Source: Candidatus Poribacteria bacterium (GTDB lineage Bacteria; Poribacteria; WGA-4E; PCPOR2b). Taken from it: a stretch of 64,000 nucleotides of DNA. The position numbers were made by a program, and so were the translations under genes. The notes beneath the pieces are model-generated. The model was not told where the DNA came from, did not search any database, and was given only the letters and a program-made list of their open reading frames with translations. The stretch spans positions 1,810,964-1,874,963 of the forward strand of contig OZ245030.1 in assembly GCA_965223985.1 (NCBI GenBank), in the 5' to 3' direction. Below are positions 44,092-52,910 of this stretch, in pieces; position 1 is the first letter of the stretch; the number at the start of each line of letters is the position of its first letter.

Positions 44092-44883
44092 CTAAGTTAG
44101 TGTTTCTTGTTCCAGCGGTAAAACGATAGTGCCGTTACTGCCGGAAATCTCAATGCGCTTCAAGAACCCGGGGTATACGGCGGTCGCGCCTTCAATGACT
44201 CCTAAGGCGCCGTTTTCAAAACGCAGAGCGGTAACGGCAACATCCTCGACCTCAATTCGTTCATGCGCCAATGTACGCGTAAAGGCGCCTGTACAGCTTT
44301 GACAGCTCCCATGAAGTATCGGAAGAGATCGGTGGCATGGATGGACTGATTCATTAGTGCACCACCGCCGTCCAGTTTCCACGTGCCTCGCCATCCGCCA
44401 CTGTCGTAATACGCTTGTGGACGGTACCACTTGATGTAAGCGCCGCCCAAAGTGTAGCGTCCCGAACCGACCAGAATCGATTCTTTTCTTTAACAACTGA
44501 CTTCCTTCAACAAATCGTGAATTAAAGATTGCACATAAGCGCACGCCGGCTTCATTACAAACTTGAATGATTTAATCGCATCGCTCCAATGTGATTTCCA
44601 GAGGTTTTTCAACAATGACATTTTTGCGAGCCTCGGCAGTCGCAACTGCCACGTCCAGATGGACACCGCTAGGCGTACAGACGAGGTCGAGGTCATGGCG
44701 CTTGAGCATTTCATGGTAGTCTGAATAGCCATCAACATGATATTCATCTACAAGTCGTCTGACGTTGTCGGAATTTCGGGAACTGACGGCAACCAATGTT
44801 CCATGCCGTAGCTCTGTGATTGCTGCGGCGTGGACATCCGCTACCATACCACAGCCGATAATTCCAAACCCATAGGTTTTCAT
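44092..44883 (-). pseudogene. Gfo/Idh/MocA-family oxidoreductase, disrupted
   Basis: N-terminus GFGIIGCGMVADVHAAAI and the EKPL motif are intact. There is an in-frame TAA at 44572-44574 (..LERCD*IIQVCNEAGV..). The homologous frame shifts near 44448 (..TLHFG|GAYIKWYRPQAYYDSGGW..) and shifts back near 44288 (..AVKAVQA|FTRTLAHERIEVEDV..). Confidence 0.75.
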
Positions 44884-45071
44884 GTTATGACCGCCTCAAG
44901 GCAAGTGACTCCCTCTACAGATTATACGGCAGCTTTTTGGAAACTCGACAACGCTTACGAGGAGAACAAAGAGACCCATACGGTCACTCGGGTCTACCGC
45001 CATCAAACCCTTCCATCCATTCGACGCCAAGACGATAGTAGAATGATTGGAGGTATGCAGAATCAATTATC

Positions 45072-45647
45072 ATGAAGAACGTAATCATGGCTTTCTGCCT
45101 CATTGTGACGATTGGGTTTATCTGGATCTGGCACCATCAAATTCAGTTTAACGATCAGTCGCGCAAAGCGTTTTTTCGCCTGAAGAGCGGCGAATTAAAC
45201 CAAGCAATTGATGCATATACGAGCGCCATCAAGCATAAAAAATATACCATTTTTTTCTCAAAAGCACCGTCTCTATATAACAACCTTGGTCAAGCCTATC
45301 TAGGTAGGGAACAATATGATGCGGCAATCACGGCTTTCAAGCAGGCTCTCGAAATCAAACCGGACGCAGTGGAGGTTTATATCAATCTAGCGACGGCTTA
45401 CCTGAAGCAGAATTTGCCCCGTCAAGCACTCGAGGCATGTCAGCATGCCATCCAGATTTCCCCTCGTTCCCCCCTCGCCCACTACAACATGGCTTGTGCT
45501 TACGCGGTTACTGACGAAACTGAAGTAGCGATTGACTTCCTCAAAAGAGCGCTTGAACTTGACCAGCAAATAAATAAGTTTGCACACGAAGAAAAGGCAT
45601 TTGATACGCTTCGGTCACATCCTCTGTTTCCAAAATCCAATCCCTAG
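45072..45647 (+). CDS. membrane-anchored TPR-repeat protein
   Basis: N-terminal TM helix (VIMAFCLIVTIGFIWIW), then 3-4 TPR units. Confidence 0.8.
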   Translation: MKNVIMAFCLIVTIGFIWIWHHQIQFNDQSRKAFFRLKSGELNQAIDAYTSAIKHKKYTIFFSKAPSLYNNLGQAYLGREQYDAAITAFKQALEIKPDAVEVYINLATAYLKQNLPRQALEACQHAIQISPRSPLAHYNMACAYAVTDETEVAIDFLKRALELDQQINKFAHEEKAFDTLRSHPLFPKSNP

Positions 45648-45829
45648 TCAACAAGCACCTCTACGTCCGTTGAGAGATAATTAAGACTTCTTGTGGAGAA
45701 CCTAACTCCTTGGGTCGAGGTCGTATTACGCATGCTACTGGAATGGTTCGGTGCAGACCTGTTACTCGTCCGCTGGACCGGCTAAAGCGATAGCACCGCA
45801 GTCATGATGCGGAATAAAAAAACATCGAC

Positions 45830-46531
45830 TCACTTTTTTAACTTGCTTCCATATTGACGAGACAAAGCTTCCAACCCAATCTCACCTTTCGCAGCAACAG
45901 TTTCAATCTGTCCATCTAGCAGAAAAAGAAAGCGCGTACCGGCAAGGTATCCCAATTCTGTATCGTGGGTTGTGAGGAGAACGCCTTTACCACGCGCGCG
46001 CTCTTTCTCAATCAATTTGAGCGCAATCTGTTTCGCTGCAACATCGAGCCCTGAAAACGGTTCATCGAGAAGGAGAATCGCCGCATCATGGATAAGGGCC
46101 TTGGCAATCATGAACCGCTGCATCATGCCACGTGAAAAGACCCGGACAGGCTCATGGGCAAAGGATGTGAGTTCAACATCAGCGAGGACATCAGAAATCC
46201 GCCCTTCTAAATCATCAATGCCATAAATCCGTCCGAAAAACTTGAGGTTTTCATACGGACTTAATTCGAGATAAGCGAGCGGTTCGTGGAGGACCAGCCC
46301 TAACGATTGTCGAACGCGCAGGGGTTCGGCAAGCGCATCTACATTGCCAATCTGGAGGCTGCCAGTGGTGGGTTTGATTAAAGTGGAGAGAATTTTGACG
46401 AGTGTTGTTTTGCCCGAGCCGTTCGGACCAAAAATCGCAACAACTTCGTCAGATTGCACGACAAGATTCACACCGTTCAAGATGTTTCGATGACCATAGC
46501 ATTTCGTGATTTGCGTTGCTTGCAAAAGCAT
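45830..46531 (-). CDS. ABC transporter ATP-binding protein
   Basis: Walker A GPNGSGKTT, degenerate signature FSRGMMQR, Walker B ILLLDEPFSGLD, and H-loop TTHD. Confidence 0.9.
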   Translation of the reverse strand: MLLQATQITKCYGHRNILNGVNLVVQSDEVVAIFGPNGSGKTTLVKILSTLIKPTTGSLQIGNVDALAEPLRVRQSLGLVLHEPLAYLELSPYENLKFFGRIYGIDDLEGRISDVLADVELTSFAHEPVRVFSRGMMQRFMIAKALIHDAAILLLDEPFSGLDVAAKQIALKLIEKERARGKGVLLTTHDTELGYLAGTRFLFLLDGQIETVAAKGEIGLEALSRQYGSKLKK

Positions 46532-46584
46532 CGTAGGAACATATTCGGATTGGATCAGAATGTGATTCGCCCCATTGAGAAGTG

Positions 46585-47988
46585 TTAGAGCAAATCACGC
46601 ATTGCGCGTCGGCGCTCTTCTCCCACTTGTTGCTGATATTCCTCATCGCTTGGTCGTTGCCACGCGGTTGGTACACGTGATGTGTATTGCGCTACCTCAC
46701 TTTTCCGCTTGAAGACGCGAAAATACTCGAACCGCGTGAGGGTAGGAGGAATATTGCCCGGACAGAGCGCGTGCAAACCGACCTGAACAGGGTCGCCCAT
46801 GCCGATATGCGTTTTTCCACAGCTTTGCCAGTTAGCTCCATCAGAACTCGCGAATCCAGAGAAGAGATTACCTGTGCGTTCAAGTCGAAGGAAGAGCGCT
46901 CGTCCTCGATTATGACTCGCCGACACGCCTATCAATCCCGTACCGCGACCAACGAGGGAGTAAACGCGATTCACATGCCGTTCAAAACGAACGTCTCCTC
47001 TGAAAGCGTGGGGTGCGGAGGTTTTCTCTAACCTAACAAAAGCATGCGGTCCCTTCCATACAATGAGGCCCCCGTGCTCTCTCTGCTCAGGGGTAATGCG
47101 GATCCGGCACTCAATGGCAAAATCGCCGGACACCTCCATTGATAGACGTGGAGCATCCATGTTGCCGCCATTCCCCGGTGGGCTGCCGTGCCAGAGATCT
47201 TGTCCAGGCTGAACATGCATTTCTAGATAGCCCTGGCTCTCTGACCAAGAACCGCCCCCATGAGGATCCTCCCATTTCCATTCGGGGCGCATCTGGTTAC
47301 CGAAAAATTCATCTTCAAAGACAATCTCTGGAAATTCGCTAGATGAAGACCACCCTTCAATCTTAATTGACGAGATTGTATCTCCGAAGTTCTGAGGCAA
47401 TACATGGAGATTCGGAACTTCCTTTTTATAATCCTTAGGTTCCATCTGGATGCGTACTTGTGCACCTTCGAAGTTTGTATGCTGAAAGAGTATCACCTCG
47501 GCACCGCTAGATGGAAAATCTGGTCCTTTGAAGATGCGAACAGAAGAAACCGCGTCGTGAAGTCCTTGTTCCCAGTGAACAATATCACGCAAAACCGTGA
47601 TTTTCTGACCTTGGAATTCTACATGCTCATAGCATTCGACAATAAGGGGAATTGTTCCCCATTCGGGACCAACAGTTTCCAATACCGACCCGAAGCTAAT
47701 TGAGGAGACACTATCTCCGAAGTCGTAAGTCATATCATGCAAATTCGCATAAAACCCCGGTCCAAGAGTGAGCCTTCGTCCTTTGAAGTCGGCGTGTTCA
47801 TGTAGGATGACTTTATAATTTGGACTTGATGCGAATTTGGGGCCTTTGTAGACTTTTACCGAGGAGATGTTATCTTGAAATCCAATATCTGCTGTTGACC
47901 GGACAGGCTCAATTACAAATCCCTCTTTGCCCTGGAAATCATGGTGTTGGAATACCTCAACGACGAGGCGTGGTATAACGACTGGCAT
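46585..47988 (-). CDS. beta/gamma-crystallin repeat protein with C-terminal concanavalin-like (DUF1349-like) domain
   Basis: Four Greek-key motifs (FQHHDFQGKE...ISSVKV, HEHADFKGRR...VSSISF, YEHVEFQGQK...VSSVRI, FQHTNFEGAQ...ISSIKI). These are followed by WKWEDPHGGGSW...GYLEMHV...DAPRL, typical of ConA-like DUF1349 modules. Confidence 0.65.
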   Translation of the reverse strand: MPVVIPRLVVEVFQHHDFQGKEGFVIEPVRSTADIGFQDNISSVKVYKGPKFASSPNYKVILHEHADFKGRRLTLGPGFYANLHDMTYDFGDSVSSISFGSVLETVGPEWGTIPLIVECYEHVEFQGQKITVLRDIVHWEQGLHDAVSSVRIFKGPDFPSSGAEVILFQHTNFEGAQVRIQMEPKDYKKEVPNLHVLPQNFGDTISSIKIEGWSSSSEFPEIVFEDEFFGNQMRPEWKWEDPHGGGSWSESQGYLEMHVQPGQDLWHGSPPGNGGNMDAPRLSMEVSGDFAIECRIRITPEQREHGGLIVWKGPHAFVRLEKTSAPHAFRGDVRFERHVNRVYSLVGRGTGLIGVSASHNRGRALFLRLERTGNLFSGFASSDGANWQSCGKTHIGMGDPVQVGLHALCPGNIPPTLTRFEYFRVFKRKSEVAQYTSRVPTAWQRPSDEEYQQQVGEERRRAMRDLL

Positions 47989-48191
47989 TGTGTACCTCGT
48001 GAATTAAGATTTCTCGAATTAGATTATTTTAATAGTTGCCATCCGACCGTGATAGAATTTAACTACTACTCCCTATTCTCTCCGAGGGGAGATATTTGTA
48101 CCTCTCTGTTGTTCACGCTTGATCCGCTTTACTCTTTCCGATTGGGAAGTTAGAAAGCGCCGGTCAGCGAAAGATTGGCTTCGTCTTACAG

Positions 48192-49016
48192 CTACAATGT
48201 GAAACGTTCCAATCGGCGCTTGCATTCTCGGGCAATCTCCCACGGATCCCATTCCCAGTGCCTGGGACTGACAAGCTCACAAGACCATATCCCATCAAAC
48301 CCTGTGGAGCGGACCGCACCAACCCATTCCTCGATTGGAATCTCACCGTCTCCAGGGAGGAAACCTCTGAGCTCCGCCTCATTCCATGGAGTACCTGCTT
48401 TGTGTGCGACTCCATCGCAGAAATGAACCGAGTAAATCATTGCACTATCCAACTTCGCCACCTCATCTGGTGTCGTTTCTTCGCCCGCGTAGAGATGCCA
48501 GAAGTCAATTACCATCGCCACGTTATCCCGGCCAGCCTCCTCAATCACCTGTAGACTCTGGGTGAGGGAGTGAATAGGTGCCCAAGCGATGGGCTCAAAC
48601 TGAAACCTGACTCCGTGTTGCTTCCCAATATCCGCAATATCGGCTATGTTTCTAGCAGTAAGCTTCAATATCTCTTTCCACGGTCTCCCTTCGAGACGAC
48701 AGAAGGCGACGATTTGAATGGTTGGACATTGGATTATTGCAGCAGATACGCAGAGCCGTTCAACTTCAGCGAGCAGTTGGTTACGCTCCGGACCGTCCAC
48801 ACGATCAATATCCCTCACCGAATTTATCATAACAGGCCGGATACCGTTAGCCTCAAAAATTGGGATTAATTCCTCAGCTTTAAATCCTTGGTCCAGATAA
48901 CGAAGAAGCTTGCCTACTTCTATTTCCAACGCCTCGTGGTTAGTCTCAAAGGCAATCCGGATATCAGTAATGAGATTGCAGTGCATTATAGACACACCAT
49001 GCAACGCAAAGATCAT
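48192..49016 (-). CDS. sugar phosphate isomerase/epimerase (xylose isomerase-like TIM barrel)
   Basis: 274 aa with alternating beta/alpha pattern. FQFEP, DFWHLY and HFCD match metal-ligand blocks of the AP_endonuc_2/TIM family. The start ATG directly follows the TAA of the upstream small gene. Confidence 0.6.
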   Translation of the reverse strand: MIFALHGVSIMHCNLITDIRIAFETNHEALEIEVGKLLRYLDQGFKAEELIPIFEANGIRPVMINSVRDIDRVDGPERNQLLAEVERLCVSAAIIQCPTIQIVAFCRLEGRPWKEILKLTARNIADIADIGKQHGVRFQFEPIAWAPIHSLTQSLQVIEEAGRDNVAMVIDFWHLYAGEETTPDEVAKLDSAMIYSVHFCDGVAHKAGTPWNEAELRGFLPGDGEIPIEEWVGAVRSTGFDGIWSCELVSPRHWEWDPWEIARECKRRLERFTL

Positions 49017-49394
49017 TTATTTCTCCAAGATAAATTCGCACCCAAGCCCATAGGTAGCCGAATCATCCATCATCAGCGCCATATTGGGAAAACTGATGAT
49101 GCGCCAGCCATCGTGTACTGCCTCAATAACAGATTGATATGGCCAATCAGTTCGGTCAGATGGCAGTGGTATCCGCCTCCCATTCGTATAGAGCGACATG
49201 CCCAAAACGGGTGATTCAGGTGCTGTACCTGTCGCTTGAATATAAAGAATGTCCTGAACCTTTGGGCGGGCTTCATCCAGCGCATCAATGATTGTCTGCA
49301 GGTCATCCGGCATCAAACTGCCTTGCGCCAATTTGTTACGACACTGCTCAAGCTGGTTTCGGATTCGGGTGAGATGCACTGTTGGGACCGCCAT
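49017..49394 (-). CDS. hypothetical 125-aa protein, paralog of 50373-50732
   Basis: Shares DALDE(A/T)(R/K)PK.Q..LY(I/L)Q..G...WPY.S.IEA..DGWRI..FPN.AL.MD.S.TYGLGCEFILEK with the second copy. Family not recognised. Confidence 0.7.
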   Translation of the reverse strand: MAVPTVHLTRIRNQLEQCRNKLAQGSLMPDDLQTIIDALDEARPKVQDILYIQATGTAPESPVLGMSLYTNGRRIPLPSDRTDWPYQSVIEAVHDGWRIISFPNMALMMDDSATYGLGCEFILEK

Positions 49395-49477
49395 GGATTG
49401 TCTTAATTGATGATGGGTTGGTCAATATCATCAGGATGGGGACCCTTATAACACCTAACCCATACAATTCGTACATG

Positions 49478-50317
49478 CTAAGCTAAGTCGGCGGGTAGAC
49501 CAGGACAGAATCCTTTCGCTTGTGCCGCGGTTGCTGTTGCGGGCCAAGCGAGTCCGCCAATCCACTCGTAGTTATCCAGTTCCCCGCGCAGCCATAGGTA
49601 CATCCGTGCGGCATCATGGCAGACGCGCGACCAATCACGGCGGGGTTCTGGTGAACCCGTTGCGAAGTCTGCGTTCTCTAATCTGAAAGCCGGATCGATC
49701 ACCCAGTCGCGCGTCGGCGCGGCGGTACGCCAATAGGTATATTTAATCAGATTTCGAATACCTGCGGCTGTGGCAGTAGAAGCACGGTGCCAGATAGAAT
49801 AGACGGTGATAAAAATAGAACCGGCTGGTGCAGCAGTCTTGTGAGCGTCAGCGATTGCATCAAGGTGTCTCATAAAATGGGATGGCATGGACAGATAGTG
49901 GGAGCCGGGCAACAATTCGGTTGGTCCCATCTCAAGAGGCGTCGCTTGAGGGTAGTAAAACAACTGGAGGTAATTGACCTTCGGCACCTGTTGCGAACCG
50001 TCGTCACGATGCCAACCGCCGTTGATCGTTCTAGGGCAATGGACGCGATGGTTGCTGATAGAGAGCGGCAGCCCAAAATCACGACCAAGAAGAGACCTCA
50101 CAGCACCGGCTGCCGGTGCGTTGCACAATACTTGATCGGCAAACCATGCTTCTTTCAGGTAGCCGTTAGGGATACCTTCAGGATGCGCATCGCAAAACGC
50201 TATGACTCGCTTGTTAATCTCATCGGGTACGACTTCCTCCAACATTAGGTAGCCGTACTTACAAAACTCAATAATCTGTTGGTCCGTGAGCGTGGGTTCG
50301 CAGTCATAGGTTTTCAT
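49478..50317 (-). CDS. PhyH-family Fe(II)/2-oxoglutarate dioxygenase
   Basis: CEPTLTDQQIIEFCKYGYL, GGWHRDDGS (HxD), YSIWHRAS. Confidence 0.75.
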   Translation of the reverse strand: MKTYDCEPTLTDQQIIEFCKYGYLMLEEVVPDEINKRVIAFCDAHPEGIPNGYLKEAWFADQVLCNAPAAGAVRSLLGRDFGLPLSISNHRVHCPRTINGGWHRDDGSQQVPKVNYLQLFYYPQATPLEMGPTELLPGSHYLSMPSHFMRHLDAIADAHKTAAPAGSIFITVYSIWHRASTATAAGIRNLIKYTYWRTAAPTRDWVIDPAFRLENADFATGSPEPRRDWSRVCHDAARMYLWLRGELDNYEWIGGLAWPATATAAQAKGFCPGLPADLA

Positions 50318-50372
50318 CTGATATCCATCATGAGGAGCGATCGTCCCAATACCTAATCCCGGTCAATCCAGT

Positions 50373-50732
50373 TTACTCCCATTTTTCTAGGATAAATTCG
50401 CACCCAAGTCCATAGGTACGTGATTCATCCATCAACAACGCCAAGTTGGGAAATTCAACTATCCGCCAACCATCCCGCATCGCCTCAATCGGGGAGTTAT
50501 ATGGCCAATTGTCTTGATCCGGCGGTTCAGTAATCTGACCATCCACAACCATAGTACAACCGTGGGCGCCTGACCCGACGGAAGTCCCGCCGGTTTGAAG
50601 ATAGAGCAAATTTTGGCGTTTGGGTTTCGTCTCATCAAGCGCATCAAGAACCGCGCGCAGGTCTGCTTCGGTAAGCCCACCCTGTCCAAGCGCCTCAATG
50701 CATTGTTCAATTTGCTGTTTTATCTCTTGCAT
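50373..50732 (-). CDS. hypothetical 119-aa protein, paralog of 49017-49394
   Basis: See 49017-49394. Same conserved C-terminal half ending GLGCEFILEKWE. Confidence 0.7.
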   Translation of the reverse strand: MQEIKQQIEQCIEALGQGGLTEADLRAVLDALDETKPKRQNLLYLQTGGTSVGSGAHGCTMVVDGQITEPPDQDNWPYNSPIEAMRDGWRIVEFPNLALLMDESRTYGLGCEFILEKWE

Positions 50733-50834
50733 AAAGCAATTCCTCCAATTTGACTTTTACCTCATCAATACACTCGATTCAGCGAATGTTCAATATAAAA
50801 TCCCATCAGTATCGCATTAGCCATGAGTTAAAAT

Positions 50835-50856
50835 GAGACCGGACCTCCATGGTCTC
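50835..50856 (-). terminator. weak hairpin after PhyH 50882-51700
   Basis: gagacc (50835-50840) pairs with ggtctc (50851-50856) around a 10-nt loop, followed on the minus strand by atttta. The U-tract is poor. Confidence 0.3.
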
Positions 50857-50881
50857 AAGCACTTCAGAAGTCTAGATTAGG

Positions 50882-51700
50882 TTACCATTGTGGCGGTCCA
50901 GATGGAAACCCATATGATTTATGAATCTGGCTCGCTTGTGAACCCGAATAGGGCCATGATTGACCACCCATTGTGCGAAATTCGTCCGCTTTGCCGCATA
51001 GCCAGTAGAGCTTACGCGCTACGAGCTTGGCAGTCCCATGCCCACCATAGTTCGCCGTGTGCAAGTCAAAGTCTGGCTCGATAATCCAATCCCGCTGGGG
51101 TGGCACTGTTCGCCAGTAACTCCACTTCAACATATTACGCATCCCCTCGGCGGTTGACTCACTCTTGCGGTGTAGAATTGAATACATCGTGATGAAAACA
51201 GTACCCGCAGAGGAGTCCATCAGGCGTCCTCCGCGCCATTCTATGCCTTGACCTGTAGGGGCTAAATGTGAACCAAGCAATATTTCAGTCGGTCCCATCT
51301 CTGGCGTAACGTCCTGCGGATAATAGAACACCTGTAGATAATTTACTTCGGGATCGAATACCGAGTCGCCATCGTGATGCCACCCCTGTGCTGGAGCAGG
51401 ACACTTGGCTCGATGATTACTCATGAGCACCGGCATACCGACGTTTCTGCCAAGTATTGACCTCACAGCACCTGCTACCTGCGAATGAAGCAGCACATTT
51501 TCGAGAAACCAATCCTCAAGCATGATTGTGCTTGGTTCTCCGGTCGGATGTCCGTCTAGGTATGCATATGTTTGCTGATTAATTTTGTCTGGAACGACAC
51601 CTTCCAGCACGATGGCGCCGTGCTTACAGAACTCTAACACCTGAGTGTCCGTCAGTGTAGGATTACAATCAAAAGTTCTGCTCTCTTTATCTAGCTTCAT
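50882..51700 (-). CDS. PhyH-family Fe(II)/2-oxoglutarate dioxygenase
   Basis: CNPTLTDTQVLEFCKHGAI, GWHHDGDS (HxD), YSILHRKS. Confidence 0.75.
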   Translation of the reverse strand: MKLDKESRTFDCNPTLTDTQVLEFCKHGAIVLEGVVPDKINQQTYAYLDGHPTGEPSTIMLEDWFLENVLLHSQVAGAVRSILGRNVGMPVLMSNHRAKCPAPAQGWHHDGDSVFDPEVNYLQVFYYPQDVTPEMGPTEILLGSHLAPTGQGIEWRGGRLMDSSAGTVFITMYSILHRKSESTAEGMRNMLKWSYWRTVPPQRDWIIEPDFDLHTANYGGHGTAKLVARKLYWLCGKADEFRTMGGQSWPYSGSQASQIHKSYGFPSGPPQW

Positions 51701-51780
51701 TGTGGACTTACCTCCAATTCTCTATGATAAACTCATACCTAAGGTTCTCGGGGACGCCATTCATCTGTCAGCCTCACGCC

Positions 51781-52671
51781 CTAATTTGTCCCTTTGTTGG
51801 GTATTGGGCTTATCGGAAATCTGTAGAACCCTTGGGGCGGATATATCTGTGCCCCGGGTCGAGGCGGCGGGTAACCCATGGGCCAATCTGCACCGCCCAA
51901 CAAATCCTGGAGTATACTCATATCCCCACACAACCAGCAAAACATCGCCGCGGCGTCATACCAATCTCGGAATTGCTGCCGGGGGATGCCGCCGAAGCTA
52001 TATTGAGCCATAGCGAAATCAAAGTCCGGTTCGGCGATCCAATCCCGCTGGGGTGGCACCGTTCGCCAGTAGCAGTATTTCAACATATTGCGGAGGCCAT
52101 GCGCAGTGGACTCAGAACGACGATGCCAGATGGGGTAAGCTGTTATGAAAATAGTACCAGCTGGTGAAGCCGTGCGAAGTCCCGATCGAATGTTGCCGTA
52201 GTGTTCCATCCAACTCTGCAAGCAAAAGAGGAAATGGGAGCCTGGTACAATCTCCGTAGGACCAAGCTCTACAGGGGTATCCTGTGGGTAATAAAATACC
52301 TGCAAATGATTTGTTTCCGAGCCATAGCGTGAACCGCCATCCCGGTGCCAGCCCTGCGCCGGTGCCGGACATTGCATCCGATGATTAGCCACTCCGACCG
52401 GAAAACCAAAGTCCTCGCCTAGAAGCGACCGTACTGCACCTGCCGCCTGCGGATTGAGAAGCACGTTCTCAATGAACCAATCCTCCTGTCGAAGAGGTTC
52501 CTGTCCATGCTTTTCAATGAATTCAGAAACTCTCCGGTTGATTTCGTTCGGAACGACACCTTCGTACACCAGGTAACCCTGTTTGCAAAATTCGACAACT
52601 TGTGTGTCATTCAGTGTAGGTTCACAGTTAGCTGTTTGTAATTTCTTCTTCCCAATTTTCACCTGCTGCAT
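51781..52671 (-). CDS. PhyH-family Fe(II)/2-oxoglutarate dioxygenase
   Basis: CEPTLNDTQVVEFCKQGYL, GWHRDGGSRY, YPIWHRRS. Start set at MQQVKIG, 9 nt after GGAGA. The ORF is open to 52713. Confidence 0.75.
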   Translation of the reverse strand: MQQVKIGKKKLQTANCEPTLNDTQVVEFCKQGYLVYEGVVPNEINRRVSEFIEKHGQEPLRQEDWFIENVLLNPQAAGAVRSLLGEDFGFPVGVANHRMQCPAPAQGWHRDGGSRYGSETNHLQVFYYPQDTPVELGPTEIVPGSHFLFCLQSWMEHYGNIRSGLRTASPAGTIFITAYPIWHRRSESTAHGLRNMLKYCYWRTVPPQRDWIAEPDFDFAMAQYSFGGIPRQQFRDWYDAAAMFCWLCGDMSILQDLLGGADWPMGYPPPRPGAQIYPPQGFYRFPISPIPNKGTN

Positions 52672-52910
52672 TACTAGCATTCTCCATTTCAAACGGGAAA
52701 AATTCTCACGCAACTCAAATGCGGTATTATACTATATATTGAGTCATACTGCAACCAATAAGAAGGACAATGCCTGAGATTCCCCTAACCTCAGGTATTG
52801 TGTAAAATTTTATCGGTCATGTCCTTTCTACACATCACCGGTAAATTTGCCATCATAAGCGAGAGCAATCCCAACGAATAGGAGGCATTCAGTTGCACAA
52901 CGGCTCACAT

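Noticed and set aside
44202-44747. ORFs 44202-44450 and 44490-44747 as independent genes
   Set aside because: 44202-44450 is the displaced middle of the Gfo/Idh/MocA gene, reflecting a frame-shifted segment. 44490-44747 is an out-of-frame shadow. Both are explained by the pseudogene model.
48116-48125. Solo repeat-terminus 10-mer cgcttgatcc (and atcaagcgaac at 39747-39757) as degenerate extra repeat copies
   Set aside because: A 10-11-mer has an appreciable chance of occurring in 128 kb of two-strand sequence, and no adjoining arm or core similarity is visible.
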